Shown here one piece after another: positions 15,107 through 28,235 of a stretch of DNA of 58,035 nucleotides. This stretch comes from Rozella allomycis CSF55. Taxonomy: Eukaryota. The notes below the pieces were generated by a model. That model worked only from the letters and a program-made list of their open reading frames with translations, searched no databases and was not told where the DNA came from. The DNA lies in assembly GCA_000442015.1 (NCBI GenBank), contig KE560897.1, forward strand, positions 1 through 58,035, in the 5' to 3' direction. Position numbers and translations under genes: made by a program. How positions within the stretch are numbered: position 1 is the first letter of the stretch; each line of letters begins with the position of its first letter.

Positions 15107-16964
15107 ATGTATAAATTCCATGAATTTTCCGAAATGATTTTGAGAACTTTACGGCAGTCTTCTTGTTTGTACAAAATTAACCCTTCATTACTTTCAAGAA
15201 GGCTTCTCAATTATGCAGATTTCTTATCAGTATATAGAAGGGCACCTTCCCGACATTTTTATAGTTCGCCAGATAACTTTAACTATTATTACCGAAAAAG
15301 AGGGGAATGGACAAGAAGAAAGTTATTTAATCTTGGAATGTTTGGGATCTTTGTGGGTACCGTGGCATATTTTACAGACATCAACACTTTTGCTTCAGTT
15401 CTTGTCTCTGCAGGCAATTTTCTTGATTACGATCGTAAATAATATTCTTTAAAATATTTCAGTTGCATTAAGAAACTTAATAGCGGATAGTTTAAGCAAA
15501 AGATGCGGATGCGAGGTTTCAATTGAATCGAGTATAGTTCCTCGTTGGGGTGAAAGAAAGATTCAACTAAGTAATATCCACATAAAGAAGAATCCCCTGA
15601 AAAAGGAAGATGGGATGTCTGATAATGAATACAACAAATTGAACAATTTTACGAAATATAATGTTTTCATTGAAACCTTTGAATTTTCTCTTTCCTTATC
15701 AAGATTATTGACAGGAGAAAGTTTTATTAAATCTTGTACAATATCGGGGATGAGGGGTGAAATAGGTAATGCTGATAATTTGGAGTAATTTATGACAAGA
15801 GAGGATTAGATTGGGAAGGCTGGATACCTGAAAGATTGAAACCCAACCAAATTGATTTAGATATAAAGAACGTTGTATTAAAAGATTGCAAATTTACTTT
15901 GCTATATGATAATTTCAGACCATATAATGTGTATATAATATCTTCAAATTTACCCCGACTAAGGCCTCAATGGCTCATGTATGATATACTCAATGCTGAA
16001 TCAATTGTGGGCATGTATGAAAATTCTCTGTTTTCAATGTATGCACCTCAGTTTGGGCTAATAAACAATCAGACGAAGGAATCCATAGAATACAAGAATA
16101 TAAGACATCTGAAAATTGATGGCATTCCGATCGACCATTTTACTTGGAATGCGTTGCCACCATTTGGTTGGGTGAGAGAAGGTTCAGTTGACGTATCTTG
16201 CGTCATTCAATTGCCCCTTTCAGAAAGAGAGATACTTAGTGAAGAATCGGTCAATAACATTAAGCAAACCATTTATTCTTGGCATCAAAAAATACTTAAC
16301 AAAGATAGTGTCGAAGATTCTGAAAATGTCATACTTGAATGGTTCCTTCAAAGTGAAATATCCAAAGGATTGAAGCACTACGAAGATTTATTCAGCAAAT
16401 CTATGTTTGCGATAAAGCTCAATGAATATATTTCAAAGAACGAGATCTTGTTAGAGAAGACAAGAATGATGTATGATAAGTCCAAGGAATGGTTATTAAC
16501 TCACAACTGGTTTTCCGATGGCAGTATCGATCATGAAATCCCCTTTACTGATCCTCAAAGATTTGAGCCTAAACGTGATTCAATTGGTTTTCAATTTGAT
16601 TTCAAATTCAAGAATTTAAAAGCTTCTGTTCCAATGAATAACGATGTATTAAACCCTTTTCAAAATGCTTTACTCCAGCCTATTATTGGCTACATGAACA
16701 TCCATAATGTGAACCTTCCAGTCTCATGTCATTTCAGCATGTCTATCGTAAAGAATGTAAACATATAATAATTAGGATAACTTTAACGGCGGCTTAACCC
16801 TCTATGATACTGAACTTATACCAACTACAGCAGACCAACTCACTCTTTCAATGACAGCAATAATGGAGAGAGAAAAAGAAAAAATGATTCAATGGAAAAT
16901 GGCAAATGTGGCGAATTTTTTTCAACAATTGTTTTCCCCTAAAAAAGTGCAATTGATGACCTAA
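15107..16964 (+). CDS. MDM31: Mitochondrial distribution and morphology protein Mdm31/Mdm32
   Basis: SIVPRW, NFTKYNVFIE, FRPYNVYI...LPRLRPQWLMYDILNAESIVGMYENSLF, LKIDGIPIDH, PFGWV..GSVDV; three short introns. Confidence 0.9.
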
Positions 16965-17151
16965 CCGTTAAAATGAATAAATTGTAACATTTTTATTTTT
17001 TGTGCTTTGATCTAAAAAAATTCTAGAAAAGGAAATATTGATAAAATGCCAAATTCCCGTGGCCGTCAAAATTACTTTCTTAAAACGTTTTCAAAACGTG
17101 ATTGTGGCTCATCTAGTCAAAAAAGGCGATCGATGAGGATCTACGCCACAA

Positions 17152-18588
17152 ATGCAAGAAAGGTCTCTTTTGTCTAGAAAAAAGAATACTTTAATCATAT
17201 CCTGCTTACTCTGTATCGCCATATCCTTATCAATATACTTTTCTATTCGGCTGAATTCATCTAGCGTTAAAAGATCTCGGCAGAAAAATCGAAGGGAGAA
17301 TGCAAAGAATTCGCTTTCGACTATTATTAAGAACACATTTGATGATTTCACTGGAAAGTACACTAGCAAAGAGAACGTCTTGGACTTCTTTCGCCCAAAA
17401 GCTCATATTAAATTTGTGCATAAACCCAATCGATCAAAGGAAATTTTTGCCACGCCCCCAACATCTTCAATGCTTGGCGACTTACATGATATAAATAACT
17501 TTGATATTGCAACTATTAAAAGATTAGATAAAGGAGAAGGAAAGGAAATCATTTCTAACTTGGCACTTCACGATTATGAATTCTACTATTTAGAACATCA
17601 AAACAAGAGAATCTTTGATCCTTTGTCAGATATTTTTGCATCATTTGATTCAATACCGGCCTGCGAATTTGATGAAATCACTCGCGAACCTCTAGATATG
17701 AGTAAAGTCATCACTTTCCACGAAACATTTCAAAGATGCAAAAAATTAGATCCGAAGGCAACATCGCAATGGCTAGAAGAAAAGAGAAAATCTTGCAAAG
17801 GACCTTTATGTGACTTGATCAATGCGAAAACTACTCATTACACTACAAAGGATATCGAACAGCTAAATTCTGTATCTCATGCTTTATCCGAGTTTGTTGA
17901 ACTTCCAAATAAGAATCGCCTTGTTCGCATTTTTTGTGCCACTGTCAGAGAGAAGATAAGCTTAAGTTGCGAAAGGCTCTTATTTAAAATTGAAAAGAAT
18001 GCATCGAAACGACGACAGCTAGAAATTATTACACCCCAATTGCTCGAATCTCTCGATAAAGGCGAGAAAATTGAAGAAGCTTTGGCTTTCATAACAAAAT
18101 CAATTTTAAAACTGATATGCGATCGTAAATATGAAAAGTTGCTGGTCAATTTATTCTTGGTTTACTTGAGCAGAGAAAAAGATGCCACTCTGTGCAAATA
18201 TGTTGTAATGGCTGTTAAGGAAATGCTAGAGTATAAAAAGTTTGTGCCGCGCCTTCAAGTATATTATTTGAATCTGATTAGCACTTTTAATGAACAATTT
18301 AATACGGACCCCAAGAGATACTTTGATGAACAAAGCAGATCTATTAAACGTGGCTTGAACTTCAACTTATACATAGGTTCCACCAAGGAAAAATCTAAGA
18401 ATCCAAACAAGATTATTCTTGGCGAAGACATTGATGTTTTAATAACAGATACTTCTTATATTGCAATAGTGAGGAATTGGTTAGACTATCATGGCTTTCA
18501 ATCTGTAAAAGTTTTAGATTTGGAGTATTTTACCACAGAGCATGAAAAATTGTCTATAGAAGAAAAATCTAAAATAAAATCTTTTTGA
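17152..18588 (+). CDS. Unknown type II membrane protein, tandem paralog A
   Basis: Intronless 478-aa ORF with an N-terminal hydrophobic anchor; shares blocks with the next ORF. Confidence 0.75.
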   Translation: MQERSLLSRKKNTLIISCLLCIAISLSIYFSIRLNSSSVKRSRQKNRRENAKNSLSTIIKNTFDDFTGKYTSKENVLDFFRPKAHIKFVHKPNRSKEIFATPPTSSMLGDLHDINNFDIATIKRLDKGEGKEIISNLALHDYEFYYLEHQNKRIFDPLSDIFASFDSIPACEFDEITREPLDMSKVITFHETFQRCKKLDPKATSQWLEEKRKSCKGPLCDLINAKTTHYTTKDIEQLNSVSHALSEFVELPNKNRLVRIFCATVREKISLSCERLLFKIEKNASKRRQLEIITPQLLESLDKGEKIEEALAFITKSILKLICDRKYEKLLVNLFLVYLSREKDATLCKYVVMAVKEMLEYKKFVPRLQVYYLNLISTFNEQFNTDPKRYFDEQSRSIKRGLNFNLYIGSTKEKSKNPNKIILGEDIDVLITDTSYIAIVRNWLDYHGFQSVKVLDLEYFTTEHEKLSIEEKSKIKSF

Positions 18589-18616
18589 ATCTAAATTTTT
18601 GCTAAGCCTTCTAGAG

Positions 18617-19921
18617 ATGAAAAGTTTTTCAAAACTTAATCCCAAGAAACAGCTTATTTTTGTATCTCTCCTTATTTTCGTTATTTTCTCGATTGTTTTT
18701 GCATTATTACTAACTGTTTGTCCTTCAGGCCGACGATTTTTTGCATTCAATAAAAGCGCAAGCATAGAAATTGAACAGACTGATGGAACAGAATTTATAA
18801 GCATATCTTCAATTATTTGGTTAAAATGCGGTCAAGCCAATACGTTGCTTCCGAAATTGACTCTGGACAAGATGCAGTTGCCAAAAATTAAGAATGCACA
18901 TTGCAATTGTGTTGACAGGTGGTCCACAATTATAAGCGACCCATTAATGATGAATGAATATACCCTCCCAATTTGTCATGATTTAGATAACATGCCAAAG
19001 ACTATGGAATCAAAAGCTATCCGGGCATTGGCAAGAGAGATTGACAATTGCAAGCAATACGATCTAGAAGCGACAAATAAATGGATTGAAAACCAAAAAA
19101 AATTAAATAACGAGAATAGTAAACTCTTCTTTGGAATCTTCAACACGGAAAATCTATTGGAATCAAAGTTCGTTCGAATTATTAATGTGTTAAGAAACGC
19201 ACATTCTATAGATGATATCACAGACATTGAAAAGCATTTTTCAGACATTTTCGGTTCTTTGCCGAAAATTAATTTTGTAACATTTTCACAATACAATGAC
19301 GATCAAATTATAACTTTTTTTGAAGAAAATTTTATACCAAAAGATTTTGATGAAAACTCTGCTATATCAATGGACGAGGTGCCAAAAAAGTTTGCGCATA
19401 AACTATTTGCGGATGATCCAGCCAAATATCTTTACAATTTTCTTATTCTGAATTATCTCGCTAGGGCATATGTGAAAACCAAGTTCTCAGATGGGAAATA
19501 TACAAAGCCCATTAAATCATATATTACTGGGATTAGTCTCAAAGTTTTGAGCTACTTGCGGAAAGAAATTGAAGAGACCAGGAGGTCAATTGACTATGCT
19601 ATCAATTCAAAACCCATTAGTTTAACAGAGGCTGACAGAATATTAATAAGAAAAGAAAAGTTTAATTTGATATTCGGCTCGACTCATCACAGAACAATCA
19701 AAATGAATGACTCTAGTACAAATGATATGGCACTGGTGAATAAGTCTTTACTCATTGGGGAAGATGTTAATGTATTCATTGTACCTGATGCACAGTATGA
19801 AGTTGTGAATCAATGGTTGATTGAACATAATCTAAGTAGCCAAATTTCACTACTTAACGAATCGGATTTCAAGCAGCGAAAAAACTATGAAATTGATGAT
19901 GAAAAGGAAAAGGAAAAGTAG
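18617..19921 (+). CDS. Unknown type II membrane protein, tandem paralog B
   Basis: N-terminal TM. PICH...CKQYDLEATNKWIENQKK aligns with PACE...CKKLDPKATSQWLEEKRK, and FNLIFGST...IGEDVNVFI...VNQWL aligns with FNLYIGST...LGEDIDVLI...VRNWL. Confidence 0.75.
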   Translation: MKSFSKLNPKKQLIFVSLLIFVIFSIVFALLLTVCPSGRRFFAFNKSASIEIEQTDGTEFISISSIIWLKCGQANTLLPKLTLDKMQLPKIKNAHCNCVDRWSTIISDPLMMNEYTLPICHDLDNMPKTMESKAIRALAREIDNCKQYDLEATNKWIENQKKLNNENSKLFFGIFNTENLLESKFVRIINVLRNAHSIDDITDIEKHFSDIFGSLPKINFVTFSQYNDDQIITFFEENFIPKDFDENSAISMDEVPKKFAHKLFADDPAKYLYNFLILNYLARAYVKTKFSDGKYTKPIKSYITGISLKVLSYLRKEIEETRRSIDYAINSKPISLTEADRILIRKEKFNLIFGSTHHRTIKMNDSSTNDMALVNKSLLIGEDVNVFIVPDAQYEVVNQWLIEHNLSSQISLLNESDFKQRKNYEIDDEKEKEK

Positions 19922-20138
19922 ATAAAATAATTAATAAATGTAATGTATTTTGTTAATACTGTCGTATTTGAATTTCGCTTTTAAGGATACTAATAAATAT
20001 GTCACATGTGGAAAGATAAAGTATCCTGTGTAATGGTAAGAAAAAAATGGTGGCAAGATCTGCAGTCCTGTCGAAACCTATCAGATGATCTGATAGAAAT
20101 TCCAATAAATCCTGCTGGGCGCACACGTGTCACTCAAT

Positions 20139-22474
20139 ATGGACAATTACATATTATTATGCCTGTTTGTTATTTTAAACTTCAGTCAAAAAGTAGAGTC
20201 CATATTAAATCCCTTACATTTTAATGGTCTCGAGAAAGCATTGGAAAACCGCCCCATCATCGAAGCTTGTTCCATGATTCACGGAGACTTTCTGCTATAT
20301 TCCTTGAAGACAAAAAGTTCGCCGTATCACGCTTTGGCGTCTAAAATCTACATTGTGACGGGAAACCAACTCAACATGCACACTAGAAGTGCTATAGGCA
20401 AATTAGAAATTAAAGACTGGATAAGGATTTCCGATTGGGCTAGGTAAGTATTTAGATATGAATTAAAATCAGTGAAATAAAGAAAAACAACTTAAACCGG
20501 GAGTCATTTGCGAAAAAGGTTAGAAAAGCATTCATTGATAATCCTTCAATTTCACTTTCTGATGTTATCAAATTTGCGATCCGGATCCATAATACAGCGC
20601 TAGATCCTAATATTGACGGTCACTTGCTTCATTCATTAATTTTATCACCTGCATGTTTTCTTGCTAACGACTCGAGTGATTTGCTAGAAAATGGTTTAGG
20701 CTTGGTGCCTTACAATCCAGATAACTATGGGATGATTTGTTCTGGATCTGATATTTTTAATAACCGGGAACAATTTGCATTTTGTCTATTCAGTGGAAAT
20801 CAATATCCGACTCTGTTACGTTACATGCGCCCTGTTGTGAATAGAACCGAATTTGCTGATTGCGGAGAAACAACTGTTTTAAATTTACTAGTCATACTTA
20901 TTTATGATATTGAAGCGAAAAGATTTGACTTGGATAGGTTAAAGTTAAATTCAAGGCCCACTCCTTATCTGAGCAAATTGATACATTTTTTTCAAGAATA
21001 TCCGGATGTGGACATTATAAATTCTATTAGAGCTCATAATGCCTTTACAGGTTTGGTTTCATTCCTACCTGGTGTTACGTATAGTCTTGATGGCATGGAA
21101 TTGACCGGAGGATTCAAAAGTTTCATGGCCGTAGTTAATAATCTTCTTGGAGTTAAAAGTCTTCGCCAATTATCTTATTTATACTATATAAAAACTGGCA
21201 TTACCATTGAATTCAAGGAGAAATTGGATAAAGAAGGATATGGTGATGTTAAAATAGGCATTAATAATTACGAATATAAAATGGAATTTTTTAGAGGCCA
21301 TTTTGGAATTCTACTTGTGTCATCTCCTGATGCACACCGATATTCTTTCCCGGTAATGCCGGGTACGGTCTTCAATTTGCCAAGTGTTGGCTTTTGGTTT
21401 GGAATGCTACAGAGTAGAGTCTATAAAAGTGAATTTGTTCTTAAATTGTCAGGGGAGAATTATAAAATTGACATTCGGGAACCTTTTTCCAATACCTTGT
21501 TGCTTCTAGAATCAAATGACAGAGTTTCATATAGACACACATTCTATAAGAATTTTGCAAAAATGATTATTTATTTAATGAAAGTGGAAGAAATGGAAAA
21601 TGGGTACTTAGATGAATTTGATTGGAAGAGAATTGAAGATTATGTTGTCCAAGAGTTGCCTCAATCAAGCTACGAAGTTTATAGAAATATAGTTATGAAT
21701 ATCAATTATTATCCACAAAGATTAATTGACATTATCATTAAAGGAGGGGATAGATTTGTTTTGGCGTTGTCTACTTACCATCCTAAATCCCTTGAGAGCA
21801 ATTTGTTGGGTACCATGGAAAGCATTAAAAATGTTCCTTTATTGAGTTACATGAAGGAAGCTGTATTGATGGGTTCTCCTTTCACTAAACCATTGATGAT
21901 TCTTGTTTTAAGGTCTGAAAATACGGTTTTAATTAAATGGTTCTTTGATGATAGCACGAATCCCGCCTTAAGAAAATTTGTTATTGATTCTATGCCTAAT
22001 CATCTACTCCTTATTGAAGATTACAATTTTAATGATTCAGAAGTGAAGATTGTTACAAATAAATTATTAGGAAATCCTCAAGGAAGTCTTAAAGTTCTCT
22101 TAACTTCAAATAACACTAAAGTGGTTGAAAAATTGTTAGAAAATTTGGATTTATCTGAATATGATCCTGAAGATGTTTATTCTCTAATGGAGTCTTCACC
22201 TAACTATGAAATGTTTCTATTGTTCCAAAATGCGCTAATGAAAACAAATGATGATTTTATGGCAAAACTACTGGAAATAATTTTAAATAACTTCGAATCA
22301 ACTGTTAATAATACGCACAACTTTTTACAACTATTAAAAACTATAGAATTAGATAAAACTCTTTGTGAAACGATTTTAGAGGCTTCTAAAAGTCAAGGAG
22401 TTCTAAATGCCCTTAAACTTCAATGCTTTGAAGTATTACCAGCAAGGAACTTTTACAACTTAACTTTAACGTAA
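20139..22474 (+). CDS. Secreted protein with FADCGET motif and helical C-terminus; function unknown
   Basis: Signal peptide MDNYILLCLFVILNFSQKVES; a 29-nt intron at 20444-20472 joins the two ORFs in frame. Confidence 0.75.
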
Positions 22475-22604
22475 TTTATTATTTCGTTTAATAATAAATT
22501 TATTTAAATTGAAGTAAAGTTGTACTTTTATTCTATTGTGACAATTTTGACCCCCTGGATATAAACGTTTGAGGCTGATCCAGACTAAGCCTGTCAAAGA
22601 TTGT

Positions 22605-22612
22605 AACCCTTG
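22605..22612 (+). promoter_or_regulatory. ACCCTTG start-proximal motif (one example of a recurring element)
   Basis: The same or a near-identical motif lies within 40 nt upstream of about nine ATGs in the window (see findings). Confidence 0.55.
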
Positions 22613-22614
22613 CA

Positions 22615-24331
22615 ATGCGAATGAACGTTTTGGGCACTCTGTCACTATTTATTCTGATTTTATTAGTAAATGTGTTAGCTTCTAGTGCCGACTATTTTCA
22701 TTTTGGCATCTTTCCTTTTGGGAGATATTACAGCCTTCCACCCGGAGAAGCGGAACGTAGTATTCACAGAGAAGCGTATATGCTAGAAATACTTGGAGTT
22801 AGTAAACAAGACGAAAAAAATATGGGCATTTTATATAAATTGAAAAACCGTGCTAAAAGGGAACCTCCACCGTTCAACAATCCACAGTGCATTTTCAAAT
22901 TGGACGCCTACATTGAATATTATTATGAATTGTTCATGAACAAGAAGATAACTTTCCATGATGCCGTATTTCATATCGAAAATCGCGACTATGAATTGAT
23001 TCTTGAAAACGATTGTCAAGGGGATATTAGAAAAGTTCTTGGTGAATTATATGAAACAAGCATATTTATGGAGCACAACTTGATTAACAACTTATACCGC
23101 CGTACATTTGTAAAGACCGAGTTTACTGATCCGCAAATTGTAAAAATATTTATGAATGAAATGCTAAATTATATTTCACAAAGTATTTTTGATGAATTGC
23201 ATACTTTAACATTTTATGTTGACAGTGACGTGGTGCAAAAACCTTTACTTGAGTATGCGTCCAGAAAGTTAAGAAAATATGCAAATGACGGTATTTTTTG
23301 ATGCAACATATTATATAGGCGACTATTCAATCTTTTCACCAAACCAAGTCTATGATGAAATTCTAAACAGGAAAGAAATCAGATACCTTCCTATTTCTTC
23401 TAGGGATTCTTTCATTAAAAGTGTTGTGATCATTTTGACAAATGCGTGTTCCAAATTATACAGAAGTGTTGACAAAGAGTTCACTGTTACTGTTCCAAAA
23501 GACGTTTTCTCATTTTCTAATATTTTCAATAGAGCAATTCAGGATATTGAAATTCCAAATGAAGCGGCACTAAAATACTTGAAAATTTACATTAAAGCTA
23601 TTATTGGCAGTGTTATCATTATGAATGATGATTTTGTATTTCGGGAAAGATTGAGCGACGATATAATGGCCTTTATTCATCCAATTATACGCCTTTCTTC
23701 ACATGTAAGAAGAAAAATGTCATCATCAAAAACAATTGCTTATTACGATCTATATAAATTAATCAAATCTTCTCGGTCGGATTTAGATGACGAAGCTACT
23801 GAAACGATAATATTTAGACTATATACATTGCTTAATGTTATATCTATAACTTACACGGATTCATTAGTATTATTTGACGCCTCTGCTAAAGTTGATGATG
23901 ATCGATCCTTTAAATTTAAGACCATAAATAGGCGGTCTGTTTCAATGATAAATCTTAGCCAAAAGTTCAAGTATGGAAACAAAAAAGTTATAGAATTGAC
24001 CGACAAGCTTATTTACTTGATTTCCAAACTGCCCATTTTTGATTTTATTCCTGCAAATTTTCTTGAAGATAAATTCGAAGATTCGGTATATTTTTTATCC
24101 GACTTAATACCTAATCAAAGATCGGTCAAGAAAGCATCCAAAGCAATTTTTAAGTTCTTTGCTATGGGATTACTTCACGTAAGCATTCAATTTTTTTGAA
24201 AGAAATAGATTATAGTATTTGTACTTTTGCTCATCTACAAATCTTTGCCACACATTTTCAATTTCATCTTGTTCTTAACAAAGATAGTTCTAAATTTCTC
24301 TATGGCCTGCATAATGGAACGTACAAATTAA
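22615..24331 (+). CDS. Lineage-specific secreted/membrane family, member 1
   Basis: Signal peptide; introns 23291-23318 and 24179-24208 join the ORFs; hydrophobic C-terminus. Confidence 0.75.
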
Positions 24332-24414
24332 TAGCTTGGTACTTTAATAAACTGTATTTCTTCATCTAATGTACAGGCGATCAGCCACCAAGTTTATTGG
24401 TTAACTCATCCATC

Positions 24415-24702
24415 ATGTCCCTGAATTATGCTTTTCGGCGCTTCAGGCAAATGAAGGCATTTTATTATAGCGTTAATCCATTAGATATGGCTTTAAAACT
24501 CAAACTTAAAACAACTTTGGGGGCAGCCGTCATTGTTGCTTTTGTATTTGCAGAGTGTAATCCTATTTGAGCATTTATATTAGGGTCTGTTGCTGTTCAG
24601 CTTACCAAACCGGACGATTTTCTTGACATCGATGAAGAACTTCGACGAAGCAGACTTGATTACAGTCATTATTTCCCGAAAGCGTATTATAAGGAATCAT
24701 AA
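24415..24702 (+). CDS. 86-aa single-pass membrane microprotein, 2 exons, possibly mitochondrial
   Basis: Removing a 27-nt intron (24557-24583) gives MSLNYAFRRFRQMKAFYYSVNPLDMALKLKLKTTLGAAVIVAFVFAEWSVAVQLTKPDDFLDIDEELRRSRLDYSHYFPKAYYKES*. Not in the ORF track. Confidence 0.6.
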
Positions 24703-24794
24703 TAAATGAGCAAACTAGTTGAGATTTTTTTTGGTTTTTTATTTAGCTCTGGCATACATTGCCTTGTTGGGATTGATATTTGCTGCGCCAAAGA

Positions 24795-26984
24795 ATGAGG
24801 TTTTTGTGCAGCAATTTATCGTACTCAAAAAATTCGATACGGTTTTTATGCAGGAAATTTTCTGTCAATGCGATGACTAGAAGTGGATCAGGACTATTGG
24901 GCTCAAAAATACATAGACCTCAGGATATTTTGAATCTGGCCAGAGAAACTAGAGATAGGTGTATAAATATACGAAACGATATATTGCTATCATCGAAACC
25001 CAAAGTCATAATTGAATATTTTGATACGCTTTCAGATCATTTATGCAGCATTCTAGATGTGTGTGAGTTTTTGAGGAATATTCATCCCAAAGAAGACTAT
25101 GTGGAGCTTGCAAACTACTCTTCAGTAAATTTAATGGAGTATATGAATACTTTGAATACTGACATTGAATTGTACAAGGTAAAGTTATCAAAACAACGGA
25201 ATTAGAAATTGGTGCAAGCAATCGACAATCCAGAATTTCAGGCTCTTCCTGCTGAAACTAAGCAAGTAGCGATGGTTTTTAAGAGAGACTTTGAAGCATC
25301 AGGTAAAAATCAATCTTCGTTGTTAAAGAAAGGAATAAACTTGACCTATGGGACAGGAAGGAAATTTGTGAGTATTTTGACTGAAATTGACAGTCTTGGC
25401 AATACATTTCAAAGAAATTCTGCATCTTTTGATGCTAAAAAGATCAAGTTTGAAGATGAAAGTTGGCTGAACAGCGTTTCAAAAGATATGCAGACTCAAT
25501 TCAAATCAATACAAGACAGAATGAGACTTGGAAGAAAGGAACTTCCCGTAGTTGATTCTGTTGTAAACAGCCTTCTTCATTACTGTGAAGATCAAAATAT
25601 AAGAAAGAGAATTTATGGAACAGCGTATTCTGCGTCATCAGAAACGCTGGATGTGCTAGACAACCTGTTAATAAAGAGGCAAGAGTTGGCTGAATTGACT
25701 GGACATAAAACTTATGCTGATGCGACTTTAAGAGATAAATTCTTTAAAAAGCCAGGTAATACACTATAAGAGTTGAAAACTTTAGACCAACTAAAGTCAT
25801 TTCTTTACGAAATTGCAAGTATTGTAAGGCCGCTGGCTGATAAAGAATTTAATATTTTAAGGCAGCTTAATGGAGGAAAAACTGTTTATCACTCTGACAA
25901 TGCTTATCTAATGAATAAATTCTCTCTTCAAAACCCAGTAGACGCAACCGAGCTAAATGAAGTGTTAAGCTTATCTTATTGCATGGACACTTTATCAAAT
26001 ATGTTTACCAAACTATATCAAGTTAAATTACAATGGTGTGATATGGAACGTAATGAGTCTTGGCATCCATCTGTTAAGAAAGTGAAAGTGATTCATGAAA
26101 CCGAAGGACTGTTAGGCTTCATTTACATTGATTTCTTTCAGCGTAGAGGAAAGCATAACACTCCAGCTCATTTTGTTATCCGTTGTGGAAAAGAAAAAGG
26201 AAGTCACAAATACAAAGAAAATTGTGTCTGGAATGAACCAGGATTGTCAAAGCAACTTCCTGTTGTCGTTCTTTCTTTCAATTTCCATGGAGAGTCATAT
26301 AATGATTATCATTGTAGCTTAAATGACATTGAAGCATTGTTTCATGAGTTTGGCCACGCGATGCACTCGATGCTCTCCAAAACTGTTTTCCAGAATACAT
26401 CTGGCACAAGATGCCAAATGGATTTCGCTGAAGTTCCATCCACTCTAAATGAATTTTTCGCCACAGATGAACGGGTAATTTTAGCAAATAATAAACATTT
26501 AACAAATATTTTGCAACGAAAGAAATATTCCAATTCAGCATTTGATAACATTGAAAAACTCGTGCAAATACATCATTCAATTCTAGACTTGGAATATCAC
26601 AGAGATTGGAAACAATTAAGAACAAATCTTGTAGGTTCTTCTCAGCATCCAACATCAATTCTCTATCACAAGTTATTAAAGGAAGTAACTCCATTTGAGC
26701 CCATAGAATCATCTGATCCTCAATATAAAATCACTCATTTATTTAATTACGGTTGCACATATTATTCATATTTACTTTGCGAAGGACTTTCTATGACAAT
26801 TTGGAGAAAATATTTTCAAAGAAATCCTTTGGATTCTAACCAAGGCAAGAGATGGCGAGAAATGGTTCTTTCTTTTGGTGGGTCCAAAGATGCTTATGAG
26901 ATGTTACGTGAATATTTGAATGAGGATCCATACGACGCCATGAGAAATTCTTGGCACGATATGGTCAAAGAAAAGAGTTCTTAG
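24795..26984 (+). CDS. OCT1: Mitochondrial intermediate peptidase (M3A metallopeptidase)
   Basis: FDTLSDHLCSILDVCEFLRNIHP, HEFGHAMH zinc motif, SGTRC..DFAEVPS, HLFNYGCTYYSY. Confidence 0.93.
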
Positions 26985-27029
26985 CTAAAATTACTTGTCA
27001 ATAGACATTAAATAAACAAATTTAAGCAT

Positions 27030-27857
27030 TTATTGTGCATTCTTGGTTTTAAATAATTTACTCTTCTTTTCCCCACTGACTGGTCTCACAAACTTTCCTG
27101 CTGAAGCTGTAGACTTTCTAGACACAGCAATCGCATCCAACAATGCATTCTTTTTCCCACTTGTTGTCATTTTCGTAAGTTTTTCACTAATATCCTTCTT
27201 TGTCATTTCTTCAGCATTTCTTCTTTGCTGTTTCTTATTCTTTTCAACTCTGGATTTCTTTTCTGCTCTTAATTTAGCAACAGGATCTTCATATGGATCA
27301 GCGTTGTTTGGAATTTCAATAGCCCAATCATCCATAGACTCATTAACTTTGCTCTTGTATCCATATCTTGGTTTATATTCTTCAGTCTCTTCATCAAACA
27401 CCATACGTGTCTTTTTGCGCTTAACAATGCCTTTGGCTTGCGCGAATTTCTCCCATCTTGTCTTGGCTTTAATTTTTGGCAACTAGTCTATCATAAAATA
27501 TCAAATTACTGGTTTTTCACGTGGCAAGATAGTTTTCGCGGCGGGAAGATGAGCTAGAACACTTGAAGCGGTCAAGGATGTTGGCAGTTGGAAAAGTTGG
27601 TTAAACAGTAATTGTACATTGTCTCTGGCTACCTCTTTTAAACAGTCCTCTTTAGTTTCACTACTTTAAATGTATTTTTAATAAGATACTTGGTTATTTT
27701 TTCCAAATCTAATGGATTCATGTCATAAGCTGTCAAATTTCCGAGATCTATGTCCAAAGGAATAGCTTTCTCGACGTTGACAGATTTCCTATTTAAATAG
27801 TATTTTTTAGCATTACATTTGTGACTTTATTTTCTCGAGAGCGGCAGTTGCATCCAT
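27030..27857 (-). CDS. RRS1: Ribosome biogenesis regulatory protein Rrs1
   Basis: DLGNLTAYD, ARDNVQLLFNQLFQLP, LPREKP, TRWEKFAQAKGI, PRYGYK, STASAGKF. Confidence 0.95.
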
Positions 27858-28235
27858 TGTAGTATATCAAAAATTCTTTTGCGAGGGTCTAAGCCACTAG
27901 TACTTATTATTTCTGCCAAGTTAGTACACAACCATTAAAATTTGGAATTCTATTTCACTTTTAAAAATTCATCATCAGTTTATGATTGGAACTTGGGAGA
28001 ATTATACAGCTTGTTTAATAGAAGAATGTTCTCTAAATTTTCCATTTCGCGAAAATTTTTTTATATTTTAAATATTTTTTATTTAAAGTAAAGGAAGGAA
28101 ACCTCGTCAAAGTTGGGACCAAACCAAGCCCTCCTGAAAATTTCAAAGAAATCAAGTCTTAAATCCACCCGATCCTTTGATCTTTTCAAATAATGTCAAA
28201 ATACTTAAAAAATCAGAAATCAGAAATGACATTTT

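Noticed and set aside
23279-23301. Overlapping ORFs suggesting programmed frameshifting or operons (also elsewhere)
   Set aside because: Explained by canonical short introns, here 23291-23318.
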